Numbered from the stretch's first letter, positions 9,330 through 19,436 are shown. The stretch: 49,991 nt of DNA from an uncultured Oscillospiraceae bacterium (GCA_964563725.1 CAZLYF010000002.1:1-49991); one strand, 5' to 3'. The notes: generated by a model not told the origin, from the sequence alone. Translations and numbers: made by a program.

Positions 9330-10426
9330 CATCCGGGGACAAAAAGGCCTTCGGCATCTTCCGGAAAAACAGCGACCTGCAGACGGTCTCCGTTGTGACG
9401 GTGGCCTTTTTCGCGGCGGTGCTCATCTACCAGGCCGTTTCGAGCCTGGCCGGCAAGGGGACGCTGGAGTACCCCTCCTTCATCTACCCCTCCAACCTCC
9501 TCAACATCCTCCAGCAGGTCTCCGCCGTGGGGATCATGGCGCTGGGGATGACGGTGGTGATGCTGACGGGGGGCATCGACCTGTCCATCGGCATGATGAC
9601 GTCGCTGGTGGCGATCTTCATCGCCAAGGCCGTGATGCACTGGGACGTGCCCGCATCGCTCGCGGTGGTCTACGCGGTGGGCATCTGCGTCGGCCTCGAG
9701 CTGCTGATGGGCTTCATCATCTCCTGGCTCAACGTCGAGGCCTTCATCATCACCCTGGGCGGGATGATCGCCTGCAGGGGCATCGCGCTGCTCATCAGCA
9801 ACTCCCAGGAAGTCGCCATGCGGCAGAACCTCAAATGGTTCAAGTCCAACGTCTTTGACTGGTTCGACCCGGAAGGGATCAAGCTCTTCGGTCTGAAGAT
9901 GAACCTCCCCTACTACGTGATCCTCTTCGCCGTTCTGGGCGTCCTCACCTGGATGATCCTCAAGTACACCAAGTTCGGCCGCAGGGTCTACGCGGTCGGC
10001 AACAACCCCAGCGCGGCCTACCTGTCGGGCATCAGCGTGAAATTCACCAGGCTCATGGCCTTCGCCTTCAACGGCCTGTGCGTGGGGATCGGGGCGACGA
10101 TGCAGCTGGTCCGGGTCAACACCGGCATCATCACCGTCGGCCAGAACATGGAGATCGACGTGATCGCGGCGGTGGTCATCGGCGGGGTCGCGATGTCCGG
10201 CGGCAAGGGGAACGTGATGGGCGCCTTCATCGGCGCCATCCTGATGGGGGCCATCACCAACGCCATGACCATCATGCGCATCCAGTTCGAATGGCAGTTC
10301 CTCGTCAAGGGCGTCATCATCATCGTCGCCGTCGCCGGCGGCGCGGTCTCCGAGATGCTCACCCGCGGCAGGGCGCTGCGCGAGAAGGCGCGGGAAGAGG
10401 AAAACGCAGGAAAGACCGGCGACTGA
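9326..10426 (+). CDS. Sugar ABC transporter permease (RbsC/AraH-like)
   Basis: ATG at 9326 overlaps the ATPase stop (ATATGA). Multi-TM protein with GGIDLSIGMM and VGNNPSAAYLSGISV motifs typical of CUT2 permeases. Confidence 0.85.
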   Translation: MTSGDKKAFGIFRKNSDLQTVSVVTVAFFAAVLIYQAVSSLAGKGTLEYPSFIYPSNLLNILQQVSAVGIMALGMTVVMLTGGIDLSIGMMTSLVAIFIAKAVMHWDVPASLAVVYAVGICVGLELLMGFIISWLNVEAFIITLGGMIACRGIALLISNSQEVAMRQNLKWFKSNVFDWFDPEGIKLFGLKMNLPYYVILFAVLGVLTWMILKYTKFGRRVYAVGNNPSAAYLSGISVKFTRLMAFAFNGLCVGIGATMQLVRVNTGIITVGQNMEIDVIAAVVIGGVAMSGGKGNVMGAFIGAILMGAITNAMTIMRIQFEWQFLVKGVIIIVAVAGGAVSEMLTRGRALREKAREEENAGKTGD

Positions 10427-10441
10427 CCCAGCGCGATACGA

Positions 10442-10460
10442 TTTTCCCCGCAGGGGAAAA
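10442..10460 (+). other. Perfect 8-bp inverted repeat / RNA hairpin between the permease and binding-protein genes
   Basis: TTTTCCCC-gca-GGGGAAAA, read directly from the sequence, 24 nt before the ATG at 10484. Confidence 0.6.
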
Positions 10461-10483
10461 AGAAATACAAGGAGGAATATCCC

Positions 10484-11596
10484 ATGAAAAAACTCGCTGC
10501 CCTCTTGCTCGCCGCCGTCATGCTGTCCGGCGTCGCGGGCGCCCTCGCCGAAACCAAGCTCATCGGCTTCTACGCCGACAACGTGGACAGCTATTACGCG
10601 GCCACGACGGAAGTGCTCAAGGCGCTGGCCGCGGCCGACCCCGACGTCGACTGGCAGATCGACGTCACCACCGGCACGGGTTCCGCCGCCGAGCAGCTCA
10701 ACGCCGTGCAGAACTTCATCACCTCAGGCTACCACGCGATCGCGGTGATCCAGAACAACGTGGAGACCACCTCGGAGTGCATCCAGATGGCGAAGGACGC
10801 GGGCATCCCCTACTTCGGCATGACCCACAGCTTCGCCAGCGCCGTCAACGCCGCCGACGCGGCCGCGTTCGTCGGCTACAACTTCGTTCAGGAAGGCGTT
10901 TACGCCGGCCAGGACGCGTTTGAGTGGGGCGCCAAGAAGGTCGTCAACATCGAGGGCGTCCTCGGGCAGGGTTCCGCCGGCGCGCAGTCCCTGGGCTTCA
11001 TCCAGGCCTATGAAGAGGCCGGGGCGGATCTCGGCGCATGGGAGTCTGCCGAGGAATGGGCCAAGAACAAGAACTCCGGCATGGCGGGCGGCGAAGGCCT
11101 GCAGATGTACTGGACCTCAGGCGGCTGGATGAAGGACTCGGCGAAGACCGCCATGACCAACATCATCACAGAACTGGGGCCGACGGGCTTCGACGGCGTC
11201 TACGCGCAGAACAACCCCATGATGGAAGGCGTCATCGAGGCGATGGAAGAAGCCGGCCTCGAAACGGGGGACTACTGGCTGGGCAGCGGCAACGGCCGCG
11301 AGATCTCCTGGAACTGGGTCAGGGACGGCGTGATCGACGCGGACGTGAACCAGTCGGCCCTGCTGGAAGGCGAAGCGCTCTACCAGATCCTCAAGGCCTA
11401 CTTCGCCGGCGAGCCCTACCGCAAGTACATCCACCCCTACCTCAACTTCTACAACACGGCCAACATCAACGAGATCTATGACTCCCTCGTGCCGTTCACG
11501 GACGTCGAGACCTACCTTGCCAAGCGGGCGGCCGGCGCGATCGTGTACGACATCGACGACCCGAAGTTCGCCGACGCCGTCGGTTTCCCGAACTGA
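10484..11596 (+). CDS. Sugar ABC transporter substrate-binding protein (periplasmic-binding-protein type I fold), secreted
   Basis: AAGGAGGA RBS. Signal peptide MKKLAALLLAAVMLSGVAGALA. The mature protein resembles the ribose/galactose-binding family (IGFYADNVDSYY..., GIPYFGM..., VNIEGVLGQGSAGAQS). Confidence 0.8.
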   Translation: MKKLAALLLAAVMLSGVAGALAETKLIGFYADNVDSYYAATTEVLKALAAADPDVDWQIDVTTGTGSAAEQLNAVQNFITSGYHAIAVIQNNVETTSECIQMAKDAGIPYFGMTHSFASAVNAADAAAFVGYNFVQEGVYAGQDAFEWGAKKVVNIEGVLGQGSAGAQSLGFIQAYEEAGADLGAWESAEEWAKNKNSGMAGGEGLQMYWTSGGWMKDSAKTAMTNIITELGPTGFDGVYAQNNPMMEGVIEAMEEAGLETGDYWLGSGNGREISWNWVRDGVIDADVNQSALLEGEALYQILKAYFAGEPYRKYIHPYLNFYNTANINEIYDSLVPFTDVETYLAKRAAGAIVYDIDDPKFADAVGFPN

Positions 11597-11598
11597 CC

Positions 11599-11669
11599 GC
11601 CCCGCGTTCGGGGCAATGAACAACGCCGCGGGGCCGGGGTCCGCCTGAGCGGGTCCCGGGCCCCGCGGC
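11599..11669 (+). other. Two GC-rich stem-loops directly after the binding-protein gene (no U-tract)
   Basis: The first is GCCCCG-cgtt-CGGGGC (11599-11614). The second is a long imperfect hairpin, GCCGCGGGGCCGGGGTCCGC-ctga-GCGGGTCCCGGGCCCCGCGGC (11625-11669), whose outermost 11 bp pair perfectly. Confidence 0.6.
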
Positions 11670-11690
11670 CCTCAGCAAGGAGGCGCGCGG

Positions 11691-12551
11691 ATGATCAAAG
11701 TCGGCATGAACCTGCTTCTGTGGTCGGACAAGACGAATTTCGCGCAGCACAGCCGCCTGCTCCCCTTCTGCAGGGACATCGGCTTTGACAGCGTGGAGTT
11801 CAACGTCGGGATCGTATCCGACCCCAAGGAGTGCGAAAAGTTTGGGGAACTCGCCAGGCGGCTCGGCCTGGAGGTGACGACGGTGGGGACCTTTTCCCCT
11901 GAGGTCTGCAACCCCGTCAGCCCGGACGCGGCGCTCAGGGACGCCGTCTATCCCGAATTCAGGAAGTTCGTCGACCTGACGCTGTCCTTCGGGGGGAAGC
12001 TGATCTGCGGGCCGCTGTACCAGGCGCTGGGCTACTTCACGGGGGAGCGCCCCACGAAAAGGGAATGGGACTGGTCCGTCGGCACGATGGGTCCCTGTTT
12101 TGAATACGCGCGGGAGAAAGGGGTCACGGTCGCCGTGGAGCCTCTCAACCGCTTTGAATCCTTCCTGGTCAACACCGTGGAGGACGGCGTCCGGTATGTG
12201 CGGGAGTTCGGCCTGCCCAACGTCGGCCTGCTCGTGGACACCATGCACGCCAACATCGAGGAGCTGGACGTGGCCGCTTCCTTCCGCGGGGCGCTGCCCT
12301 ACATCAGGCACGTGCACATTTCCGAAAACGACCGGGGCGTCCCGGGCACGGGGCACGCCTGCGGGCAGGAGGTCTTTGACGCGTTCCTGGACGGCGGATA
12401 CGACGGCCTCCTCACGATCGAGGCCTTCAACCTGGGCGCGCCCTCCCTGACGGGCGCGCTGCACCTGTGGCGCAGCTTCGCCAAAAGCGACGACCTGCTG
12501 GCCAGGCAGGGGCACGACTACATCCGGCGCTGCCTGCATCGGAGGGCCTGA
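11691..12551 (+). CDS. Ketose 3-epimerase-like TIM-barrel enzyme (D-tagatose/D-psicose 3-epimerase family)
   Basis: AAGGAGG RBS. MIKVGMNLLLWS..., EPLNRFESFLVNT, LLVDTMHANIEE, HVHISENDRGVPGTGH and GYDGLLTIEAF align with the four metal-ligand blocks (E, D, H, E) of ketose 3-epimerases. Confidence 0.65.
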   Translation: MIKVGMNLLLWSDKTNFAQHSRLLPFCRDIGFDSVEFNVGIVSDPKECEKFGELARRLGLEVTTVGTFSPEVCNPVSPDAALRDAVYPEFRKFVDLTLSFGGKLICGPLYQALGYFTGERPTKREWDWSVGTMGPCFEYAREKGVTVAVEPLNRFESFLVNTVEDGVRYVREFGLPNVGLLVDTMHANIEELDVAASFRGALPYIRHVHISENDRGVPGTGHACGQEVFDAFLDGGYDGLLTIEAFNLGAPSLTGALHLWRSFAKSDDLLARQGHDYIRRCLHRRA

Positions 12552-12553
12552 AC

Positions 12554-13795
12554 ATGACGGACAGGGAAAAGATCAGGAAAGCCTTCGGGGAAGGGGACGG
12601 GATCCTGCGCATGGCGCCCAACTGGGTGCCCCGGCCGTTCAACCGCCCCGGCCGCAGGCTCCGCCTGCACCCGGACGACTATTTCGCCATGGGCATGGAG
12701 CGCGGCGCGATCGTTGAAAGGTGGTTCTCCTCCATCACCCGCGTGGAGACCGCCGGGGCCGGCCCTAGGGAGGGCCTGAGCTTCGTGAACGTCGACGACG
12801 ACATCGGCCACGCCGTCCTGTTCCGTGATTTCATCGACGAACTGGGCGCGGACCTGATCGGACAGGAACTGATGGACCGGTACGGGACCTGGCCGATGTA
12901 CTCGAAGTTCTACGACTACATGCAGCCTCTCTTCCACCACATCCACCACGGGGAGGAAGCCTGCAGGCGGTATGGAAACGTGAAGCCCAAGCACGAGCAC
13001 TATTTTTTCCCCAAGCAGTACAACCCGCACCTGGGGGAGATGCCCGTGACCTATTTCGGGTTCGACCCCTCCGTGACGCGGCGGGAGGTCCGGGAACGCC
13101 TTTCGGACTACGCGAAGCGCGACATCCACATCACCGAGCTTTCCCGCGCTTTCCGCATGGAACTGGACACCGGCTGGTACACCCCCGCCGGGGTCGTGCA
13201 CGCGCCCGCTTCCCTGTGCACCTATGAGCCGCAGTGGAACAGCGACGTCATGGCGATGTGGGAGAACGTCGTCAACGGGGAGGTCTTCGGGCCCGGCGCC
13301 CTCTCGGGATACGTGCCCGAAAAGGACAGGGACGACCTGGATGTCATCATGGACGTGGCCGACTGGGAGCTCAACACCTGCCCGGATTATCGGGAACGCT
13401 TCTTCCGCAGGCCGATCCCGGAGGGCAGGGGGGACGCCTTCGTCCAGGAGTGGGTCTGTTACGGCAACAGTTACGTCGCCGCGAAACGGCTGACCGTGCA
13501 ACCCGGCGGGGAAGCGGCGGTCCCGGACGCCGCGGCGTACGGCTGCGTCGTGATCCAGGGGCGCGGGAGCTTCGGCGCGCACCCCTGCGAGTCCCCCACC
13601 TTCATCCGATACGGCGCCCTGAGCGCGGACGAGTTTTTCGTCTCCCGGGACGCGGCGAAGAAGGGGGTCCTGGTCCGGAACGCCTCCAGGTACGAACCGC
13701 TCGTCATCCTCAAGCACTTTGGCCCCGACTGCGGGATCCCGCAGGTGGAGGCGATGGGGAAGCCCTTCCCGCGGCCCCGCCGGCAGGACCCCTGA
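12554..13795 (+). CDS. Cupin-fold sugar isomerase-like protein (type I phosphomannose isomerase-like), function unresolved
   Basis: ATG at 12554. The blocks LRMAPNWVPRPF..., GAIVERWFSS, YSKFYDYMQPLFHHIHHGEE and KPKHEHYFF resemble the PMI type I layout. Assignment by eye only. Confidence 0.4.
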   Translation: MTDREKIRKAFGEGDGILRMAPNWVPRPFNRPGRRLRLHPDDYFAMGMERGAIVERWFSSITRVETAGAGPREGLSFVNVDDDIGHAVLFRDFIDELGADLIGQELMDRYGTWPMYSKFYDYMQPLFHHIHHGEEACRRYGNVKPKHEHYFFPKQYNPHLGEMPVTYFGFDPSVTRREVRERLSDYAKRDIHITELSRAFRMELDTGWYTPAGVVHAPASLCTYEPQWNSDVMAMWENVVNGEVFGPGALSGYVPEKDRDDLDVIMDVADWELNTCPDYRERFFRRPIPEGRGDAFVQEWVCYGNSYVAAKRLTVQPGGEAAVPDAAAYGCVVIQGRGSFGAHPCESPTFIRYGALSADEFFVSRDAAKKGVLVRNASRYEPLVILKHFGPDCGIPQVEAMGKPFPRPRRQDP

Positions 13796-13820
13796 GATAG
13801 ACGAAAGAGAGGAAACCGAC

Positions 13821-14696
13821 ATGAAAAAGATCTCGCTGAGTTCCTGGGCCATCCCCCAGCCCCTCCCCGAACTGATCAGGGGCGCGAAAAAGATCGGCTA
13901 TGACGGCATCAGCCTGGGGGGCTTCCCCCCCTTTGGCGCGCATCCGGACATTGTCGACACCCCGGAAAAGAAAGCCGCGCTGGCCAGGGAGTTCCGGGAC
14001 AATGGCATGGAGGTCGCCGACTTCGCGCTGGACATGTGGAAGTACGACGCCCTCAAAAAGACGCGGGAGTGGCGGGCGGAATACAGCCGGGCCCTCAAGT
14101 GCGCGGCGGAGCTTGACCTGACGAAGATCATGCGTGTCGACACCTGCACGCCTCCCCACCTGCCCGAGGGCATGCGCTACGCGGACGTCATGAAGTTCTT
14201 CACGGGGCATTTCAGGGAGATGGCGAAGGAGGCCGCGTCCTACGGCTTCAGCGTGGTGTGGGAATTTGAGCCCGGCTTCATCGTCAACGAGCCCCGGCGC
14301 GTCATCGAGCTCGTCGGCGCCGTCGGCGAGCCGAATTTCTCGCTGCTGTTCGACACCTGCCACGCGTACAACTGCGCGATGGGGCACCGCCACATCGAGG
14401 AGGACCGCAAGCTCAAGGGCGGCATCCTGGAGTTCGTCCGGATGGCGAAGGACTTGATCGGCCTTGTGCACCTCATCGACAGCGACGGGACGCTCAACGA
14501 GACGGGCACCTCGACGCACGCTCCCTTCGGGAAAGGATTCATCAACTTTGACGAAGTCATCCCGGCCCTCCTGAAGGACGCGAACTACCGCGCGGACTGG
14601 TGGGCGATCGACCTGTGCGAGTGGCCCAACGCCTGGGAGGTCGCCGCGGACTGCTGGCGTTTCGTCGACGGGCTCAACAGGAAATACTGCAGCTAA
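13821..14696 (+). CDS. Sugar phosphate isomerase/epimerase (xylose isomerase-like TIM barrel)
   Basis: ATG at 13821. KKIGYDGISLGG..., VVWEFEPGFIVNEP, LLFDTCHAYNCA, LVHLIDSDG match the family's metal-binding blocks. Confidence 0.7.
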   Translation: MKKISLSSWAIPQPLPELIRGAKKIGYDGISLGGFPPFGAHPDIVDTPEKKAALAREFRDNGMEVADFALDMWKYDALKKTREWRAEYSRALKCAAELDLTKIMRVDTCTPPHLPEGMRYADVMKFFTGHFREMAKEAASYGFSVVWEFEPGFIVNEPRRVIELVGAVGEPNFSLLFDTCHAYNCAMGHRHIEEDRKLKGGILEFVRMAKDLIGLVHLIDSDGTLNETGTSTHAPFGKGFINFDEVIPALLKDANYRADWWAIDLCEWPNAWEVAADCWRFVDGLNRKYCS

Positions 14697-14717
14697 GCCA
14701 TGGAGGGAGGAAACACC

Positions 14718-15800
14718 GTGAAAGGCAAGATGAAGGTCCAGAATTTCTACGAGCCGCTGGTGATGAAGTACGAGGAGCATGACATCCCGCAGATCGCCGA
14801 CAACGAGGTGCTGGTGAAGGTCATGGCCTGCTCCATCTGCGGCAGCGACGTATCCTACTACTACGGCCACAGCCCGCTGGGCACGCCAAATGGGAAGGGG
14901 CCCCTCTACCTCGGGCACGAGATGAGCGGCGTGGTGGCGGAGGTGGGGGCGCTTCCCGCAAAAGCGGGCCTGTTTCGGGAAGGGGACCGCGTCGCGGTCA
15001 ATCCGGTGCAGCAGTGCAACGCCTGCGAATTCTGCATGCGCGGGGAGTTCAACGTCTGCCCCCACAGCGAGGTCATCGGCGTTTCGGTCAACGGCGGCTT
15101 TGCCGAATACGTGAAGGTCAAGTACACGCACGTCTACAGGATCCCCGACAACGTCCCCTTTGAGCTGGCCGCGATGACCGAGCCCCTCGCCTGCGCCACC
15201 AACGCCGTCAAGCGCCTGGACATCCATCTGGGGCAGGACGTCGTCGTGTTCGGGCCCGGGCCCATCGGCCTGATGATGGTGTCGCTCGCCAAGGCGAGCG
15301 GGGCCGGGCGGGTCGCGCTGATCGGCCGGCGGGACTATCCGCTGGGCGTCGGCAAAAAGGTCGGCGCCGACATCCTCATCAACACGGCCGACAAGGCTTC
15401 GCCGCACTACGCGCCGGACGCGGCCAAAAAGATCCGGGAGGCGCTGGGCCGCCTCGCGCCCCGCGCGATCGTCGCGACGTCGAACATGGAGGCCCTCCAG
15501 GGCGCGCTCCTGGTGACGGGCCCCTCGTCCACGATCGTCTACTTCGGGCTCCCGGGGCCCAAGGACAAGCTTGAGGTCCCGATGCTGGAGGCGATCCAGT
15601 CCGAGCGGACGATCAAGTGCTCCTGGCTGGCCCCGCTCGTGTGGGACAACGCGTTTGCCGTCATGGGCTCCGGCCAGGTCGACCTAAGCCCCATCCTGAC
15701 CCACAAATTCCCGCTCAAGGACGCCGAGAAGGCCCTCCGCTTCATGAAGGAATCAAAGGAAGACAAGCTCAAGGGCGTCATCACCATCGGCGTCAGGTAA
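14718..15800 (+). CDS. Zn-dependent medium-chain dehydrogenase (sorbitol/threonine dehydrogenase-like polyol dehydrogenase)
   Basis: GTG at 14718 follows GGAGGGAGG by 6 nt; ATG at 14700 is the alternative start. Catalytic Zn motif CSICGSDVSYYYGH...GHEMSGVV, structural Zn cluster CNACEFCMRGEFNVC, Rossmann VVVFGPGPIGLM. Confidence 0.85.
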   Translation: MKGKMKVQNFYEPLVMKYEEHDIPQIADNEVLVKVMACSICGSDVSYYYGHSPLGTPNGKGPLYLGHEMSGVVAEVGALPAKAGLFREGDRVAVNPVQQCNACEFCMRGEFNVCPHSEVIGVSVNGGFAEYVKVKYTHVYRIPDNVPFELAAMTEPLACATNAVKRLDIHLGQDVVVFGPGPIGLMMVSLAKASGAGRVALIGRRDYPLGVGKKVGADILINTADKASPHYAPDAAKKIREALGRLAPRAIVATSNMEALQGALLVTGPSSTIVYFGLPGPKDKLEVPMLEAIQSERTIKCSWLAPLVWDNAFAVMGSGQVDLSPILTHKFPLKDAEKALRFMKESKEDKLKGVITIGVR

Positions 15801-15820
15801 GCGCGCCGGGAGGAGAGCAA

Positions 15821-17230
15821 GTGAAAAAAATCGCCATCATCGGGGCCGGGTCCATCGTTTTCTGCAAGACGCTGGTGCTGGACATCATGAACACGCCTTC
15901 GCTGCGCGACGCGCGCTTTGCCCTGATGGCGCCCAGCACGCGCAACACCAGCCAGGTGGAGGCCTTCATCAACAAGGTCATCCGCAAGGAAGGCCACCCC
16001 GCCAGCGTATACGTGACCACCGACCGGCGCGAAGCGCTTCGGGACGCCGACTACGTCATCCTGAGCTTCCAGATCGGCGGCAACGAGGCCTTCGGGCTCG
16101 ACTGCGAGATCCCGCTCAGGTACGGCGTGGATTCCTGCATCGGAGATTCCATGGGGCCGGGGGGCGTGTTCCGCGCCCTCCGCACGATCCCCGTGATCCG
16201 CGGGCTCTGCGACGACGTCAGGGACTGCTGCCCGGGCGCGCTGATCCTCAACTACGTCAACCCCATGGCCATGATCGGATGGGCGCTGGGGAAGGAAGGC
16301 GTCAACTATGTGGGCCTGTGCCACGGGGTGCAGACCACGCTTGACCTGATCGCCGGATACTGCGGCGTGGAAAAAAAGGACGTCGACTTCCTCTGCGCGG
16401 GCATCAACCACATGGGCTGGTTCCTGCGCATCCAGAAGGACGGCGCCGACCTGTACCCGAAGTTCCGGGAGGTCATGGAAAAGCCGGGGTATTACGTCAA
16501 CGAGAAGGTGCGCGCGGAAGTGCTGCGCCATTTCGGGTTCTTCTGCACGGAATCCACCGGGCACCTGTCGGAATACCTTCCCTACTTCCGCAAAAACAAA
16601 AAAGCGCTGGGCCTGTACTGCGACGAGCCGGGCTTCGGCGGGGAGACCAACGCCTACTACAAGTTTTCAAGCGCCGTGGCGAAAAAGTACGCGGGGCGCC
16701 TGCTGGACCATGAGCCCATCGAACTGCCGCCGCGCAGCGTCGAGTACTGCTCCTATATCCTGGAAGCGATCGAGACGGGCGTCCCGTTCCGCTTCAACGG
16801 CAACGTCCTCAATCAGGGCATGATCTCAAACCTTCCCGCCGACTGCTGCGCGGAAGGCCCGCTTTACGCGGACGCGATGGGCCTGCACCGCTGCATCGTC
16901 GGCGAGCTGCCGCCCCAGCTGGCCGCGCTGAACATGACCAACATCAACGTGCAGCGGCTTGCGGTGCGCGCGGCCTATTCGGGCGACCCGGAAGAGGTCG
17001 TGCACGCGCTGGCGCTGGACCCGCTCACCTCCGCCGTCTGTACCCTGGCGGAGATCAGGGAACTCGCCGCCGAGATGCTGTGCGCCCAGAGGAAGTGGCT
17101 GCCGCAGTTTGAGGGCAGGGAACTCGCGGTCAAAAAGGATATCCCCATCCCGGCGGACGTGGCCAGGCAGCCCGTCCCCGTGGACCCCGCGCTCGCCATC
17201 ATGGCGCGCTTCGGGGAACTGGGAAAGTAA
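15821..17230 (+). CDS. Glycoside hydrolase family 4 enzyme (NAD+/Mn2+-dependent alpha-glucosidase/alpha-galactosidase type)
   Basis: GTG at 15821 after GGAGGAGAG. VKKIAIIGAGSIVFCKTLVLD Rossmann start, DYVILSFQIGG, and CIGDSMGPGGVFRALRTIPV...ILNYVNPMAM are GH4 hallmarks. Confidence 0.8.
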   Translation: MKKIAIIGAGSIVFCKTLVLDIMNTPSLRDARFALMAPSTRNTSQVEAFINKVIRKEGHPASVYVTTDRREALRDADYVILSFQIGGNEAFGLDCEIPLRYGVDSCIGDSMGPGGVFRALRTIPVIRGLCDDVRDCCPGALILNYVNPMAMIGWALGKEGVNYVGLCHGVQTTLDLIAGYCGVEKKDVDFLCAGINHMGWFLRIQKDGADLYPKFREVMEKPGYYVNEKVRAEVLRHFGFFCTESTGHLSEYLPYFRKNKKALGLYCDEPGFGGETNAYYKFSSAVAKKYAGRLLDHEPIELPPRSVEYCSYILEAIETGVPFRFNGNVLNQGMISNLPADCCAEGPLYADAMGLHRCIVGELPPQLAALNMTNINVQRLAVRAAYSGDPEEVVHALALDPLTSAVCTLAEIRELAAEMLCAQRKWLPQFEGRELAVKKDIPIPADVARQPVPVDPALAIMARFGELGK

Positions 17231-17261
17231 GCGCGCAAAGATATTTCCGGAGGAAAGACCT

Positions 17262-18293
17262 GTGTCAAAATTCGTATTCACCGTCGGGCCCTGGAACGTG
17301 CACGAAGGCACGGAGACCTTCGGCCCCGGGATCCGTCCCACGCTGCCCCTGGAGGAGAAGATCAGGACATTCAAGGAGATCGGCATCGACGGGGTCCAGT
17401 TCCATGACGACGACGCGGTCCCCGGGATCAACGGCCTGTCCGACAAGGCGATCGTGGACGCCGCCAAAGACGTCAGGGCGCTGCTGGACAGGTACGGCCT
17501 GTTCGCCGAGTTCGTCGCTCCCCGCCTGTGGTTTGACAGCCGCACCAACGACGGCGCCTACACCGCCAGCCGCAGGGAGGACTACGAGTTCGCCATCTGG
17601 CGCAGCCTGCGCTCCGTCGACATCGCCAGAGCCCTGGGCACCGACAAGATCCAGCTGTGGCTCGCGCGGGAAGGGACGCTGTGCGCGGAGGGGAAAAACC
17701 CCGTGCAGAAGATCCTCCAGCTGCGCGACGCCCTCAACGAGATCCTGCGCTACGACCCGGGCATCCGGATCCTCATCGAGCCCAAGCCCAACGAGCCGGT
17801 CGACCGCAGCTACTGCGGCACCGTCGGCCACGCACTCGCGGTCGGCGCGCAGACCGTCGACCCTTCCCGCGTGGGCATTTGCGTGGAAAGCGCCCATTCC
17901 ATCCTTTCCGGCCTCGACCCCGCCAACGACATGGCCCTCGCCTTGGCCTTCGGAAAACTCTGGGGCGTGCACCTCAACGACCAGAACGGGATGAAATTCG
18001 ACCAGGACAAGAGCTTCGGCGTGGAAAACCTCCGGCAGGCCTTCAACCAGGTCAAGGTGCTGCACGAGAACGGTTTCGGCGAGCGCGGCGAATGCGTGGG
18101 CCTGGATGTGAAGGCCATGCGGACCCAGGGCGCCGACGACTGCTACCGCCATATCATCAATTCCATGAAGATCTTCCGCCTGCTGCTTGAAAAAGTGAAG
18201 AAATTCGATTACGCCCTCCAGGCGGAATGCGTCCGGGAGCAGAATTTCGAAAAGCTGGAGATGTACGTGATGCAGCTGCTGATGGGCGGCTGA
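17262..18293 (+). CDS. Xylose isomerase-like TIM-barrel protein (sugar isomerase, substrate unknown)
   Basis: GTG at 17262 after GGAGGA. FVFTVGPWNVHEGTETFGP...GIDGVQFHDDD...LIEPKPNEP...HLNDQNG resembles class I xylose isomerase blocks. The ORF-track extension from 16959 overlaps the GH4 gene out of frame. Confidence 0.7.
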   Translation: MSKFVFTVGPWNVHEGTETFGPGIRPTLPLEEKIRTFKEIGIDGVQFHDDDAVPGINGLSDKAIVDAAKDVRALLDRYGLFAEFVAPRLWFDSRTNDGAYTASRREDYEFAIWRSLRSVDIARALGTDKIQLWLAREGTLCAEGKNPVQKILQLRDALNEILRYDPGIRILIEPKPNEPVDRSYCGTVGHALAVGAQTVDPSRVGICVESAHSILSGLDPANDMALALAFGKLWGVHLNDQNGMKFDQDKSFGVENLRQAFNQVKVLHENGFGERGECVGLDVKAMRTQGADDCYRHIINSMKIFRLLLEKVKKFDYALQAECVREQNFEKLEMYVMQLLMGG

Positions 18294-18390
18294 CCGCGCC
18301 GGGGGCGCGACATTCCGGGAGCCGGAGGGGGAAGCCTCCCCGCCCGCGGGGCGGTTTCTCCTCCGGCTCTCTCCCTGCCGGAGGGCCCGC

Positions 18391-19425
18391 ATGGACAGAA
18401 AAGGCATTTGCGTAGCCGGAAACCTGATCGTGGACATCCATTATCCGGTCACAGGCTGGCCGAACCAGGGAGAACTGGTCACGGTCACCGACGGGATCCA
18501 CATGACGACCGGAGGCCTCGTCTGCAACGTGGCCATGGACCTGGCCACCCTTGACCCCGGCCTGCCGCTCACGGCCGCGGGGGTCGTGGGGGAGGACGCG
18601 GAAGGCAGATACCTCCTTGAAAAGCTGGGCGGTTTTCCCAGCATCGGCCTGTCCCAGGTCAAAACGGAAGGAAAGACCTCTTTCACCATGGTCATGAGCA
18701 ACGAAAAGACGAAGGAAAGGACGTTTTTCCAGTACCGGGGAGCCAACGCGCGCTTTGACGAATCCTGCCTCGACTGGGACGCGCTGGATGCCGGGATCCT
18801 GCATATCGGCTACCTGCTGCTGCTTGACGCGCTGGACGGGGAAGACGCGCAATACGGCACGAAGATGGCGCGCCTGCTGCGCAGGGCGCAGGGGCTGGGG
18901 ATCAGGACCTCCATCGATGTGGTCAGCGAGGCGGGCAACCGCTTCAAGGGGATCGTCACGCCCGCGCTCAGGTACGCGGACTACTGCATCATCAACGAGA
19001 TCGAGGCGCAGCAGATCACCGGCGTCGCGCTCAGGGAGGCCGGCGGCGCGCTGCTTGACGGAAACATGGGGGCAGCGCTTCAGGAGATGCGGCGCCTCGG
19101 CGTCGCCGCCTGGGCGGTGATCCACTGCCCCGAAGGCGCCTTTGGGATGGACCGCGAAGGCGCCCTCTTGCGCCGGGACAGCCTGAGGCTGCCCGAAGGC
19201 TATATCAAGGGGACGGTGGGCGCGGGGGACGCGTTCTGCGCGGGGGTCCTCTACGGGGCGTACCGGCGCTGGGACATCTCAAGGTCCATCGAGATGGGCA
19301 TCGCGTCGGCAGCCTGTTCGCTCAGCGAGCCTGACGCCTCCTCCGGAATGAAACCGGCCGGGGAAGCGCTTGAACTGTATGAAACGCTGCGTCGGCCGCC
19401 GGCCGCCGCGGGAGACGGGAAGTGA
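18391..19425 (+). CDS. PfkB-family carbohydrate kinase
   Basis: GGAGGG RBS. N-terminal ICVAGNLIVDIHY..., internal TGGLVCNVAMDL, and C-terminal anion-hole/catalytic motif GTVGAGDAFCAGVLYG (GAGD). Confidence 0.85.
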   Translation: MDRKGICVAGNLIVDIHYPVTGWPNQGELVTVTDGIHMTTGGLVCNVAMDLATLDPGLPLTAAGVVGEDAEGRYLLEKLGGFPSIGLSQVKTEGKTSFTMVMSNEKTKERTFFQYRGANARFDESCLDWDALDAGILHIGYLLLLDALDGEDAQYGTKMARLLRRAQGLGIRTSIDVVSEAGNRFKGIVTPALRYADYCIINEIEAQQITGVALREAGGALLDGNMGAALQEMRRLGVAAWAVIHCPEGAFGMDREGALLRRDSLRLPEGYIKGTVGAGDAFCAGVLYGAYRRWDISRSIEMGIASAACSLSEPDASSGMKPAGEALELYETLRRPPAAAGDGK

Positions 19426-19436
19426 GGAGAAACGCA

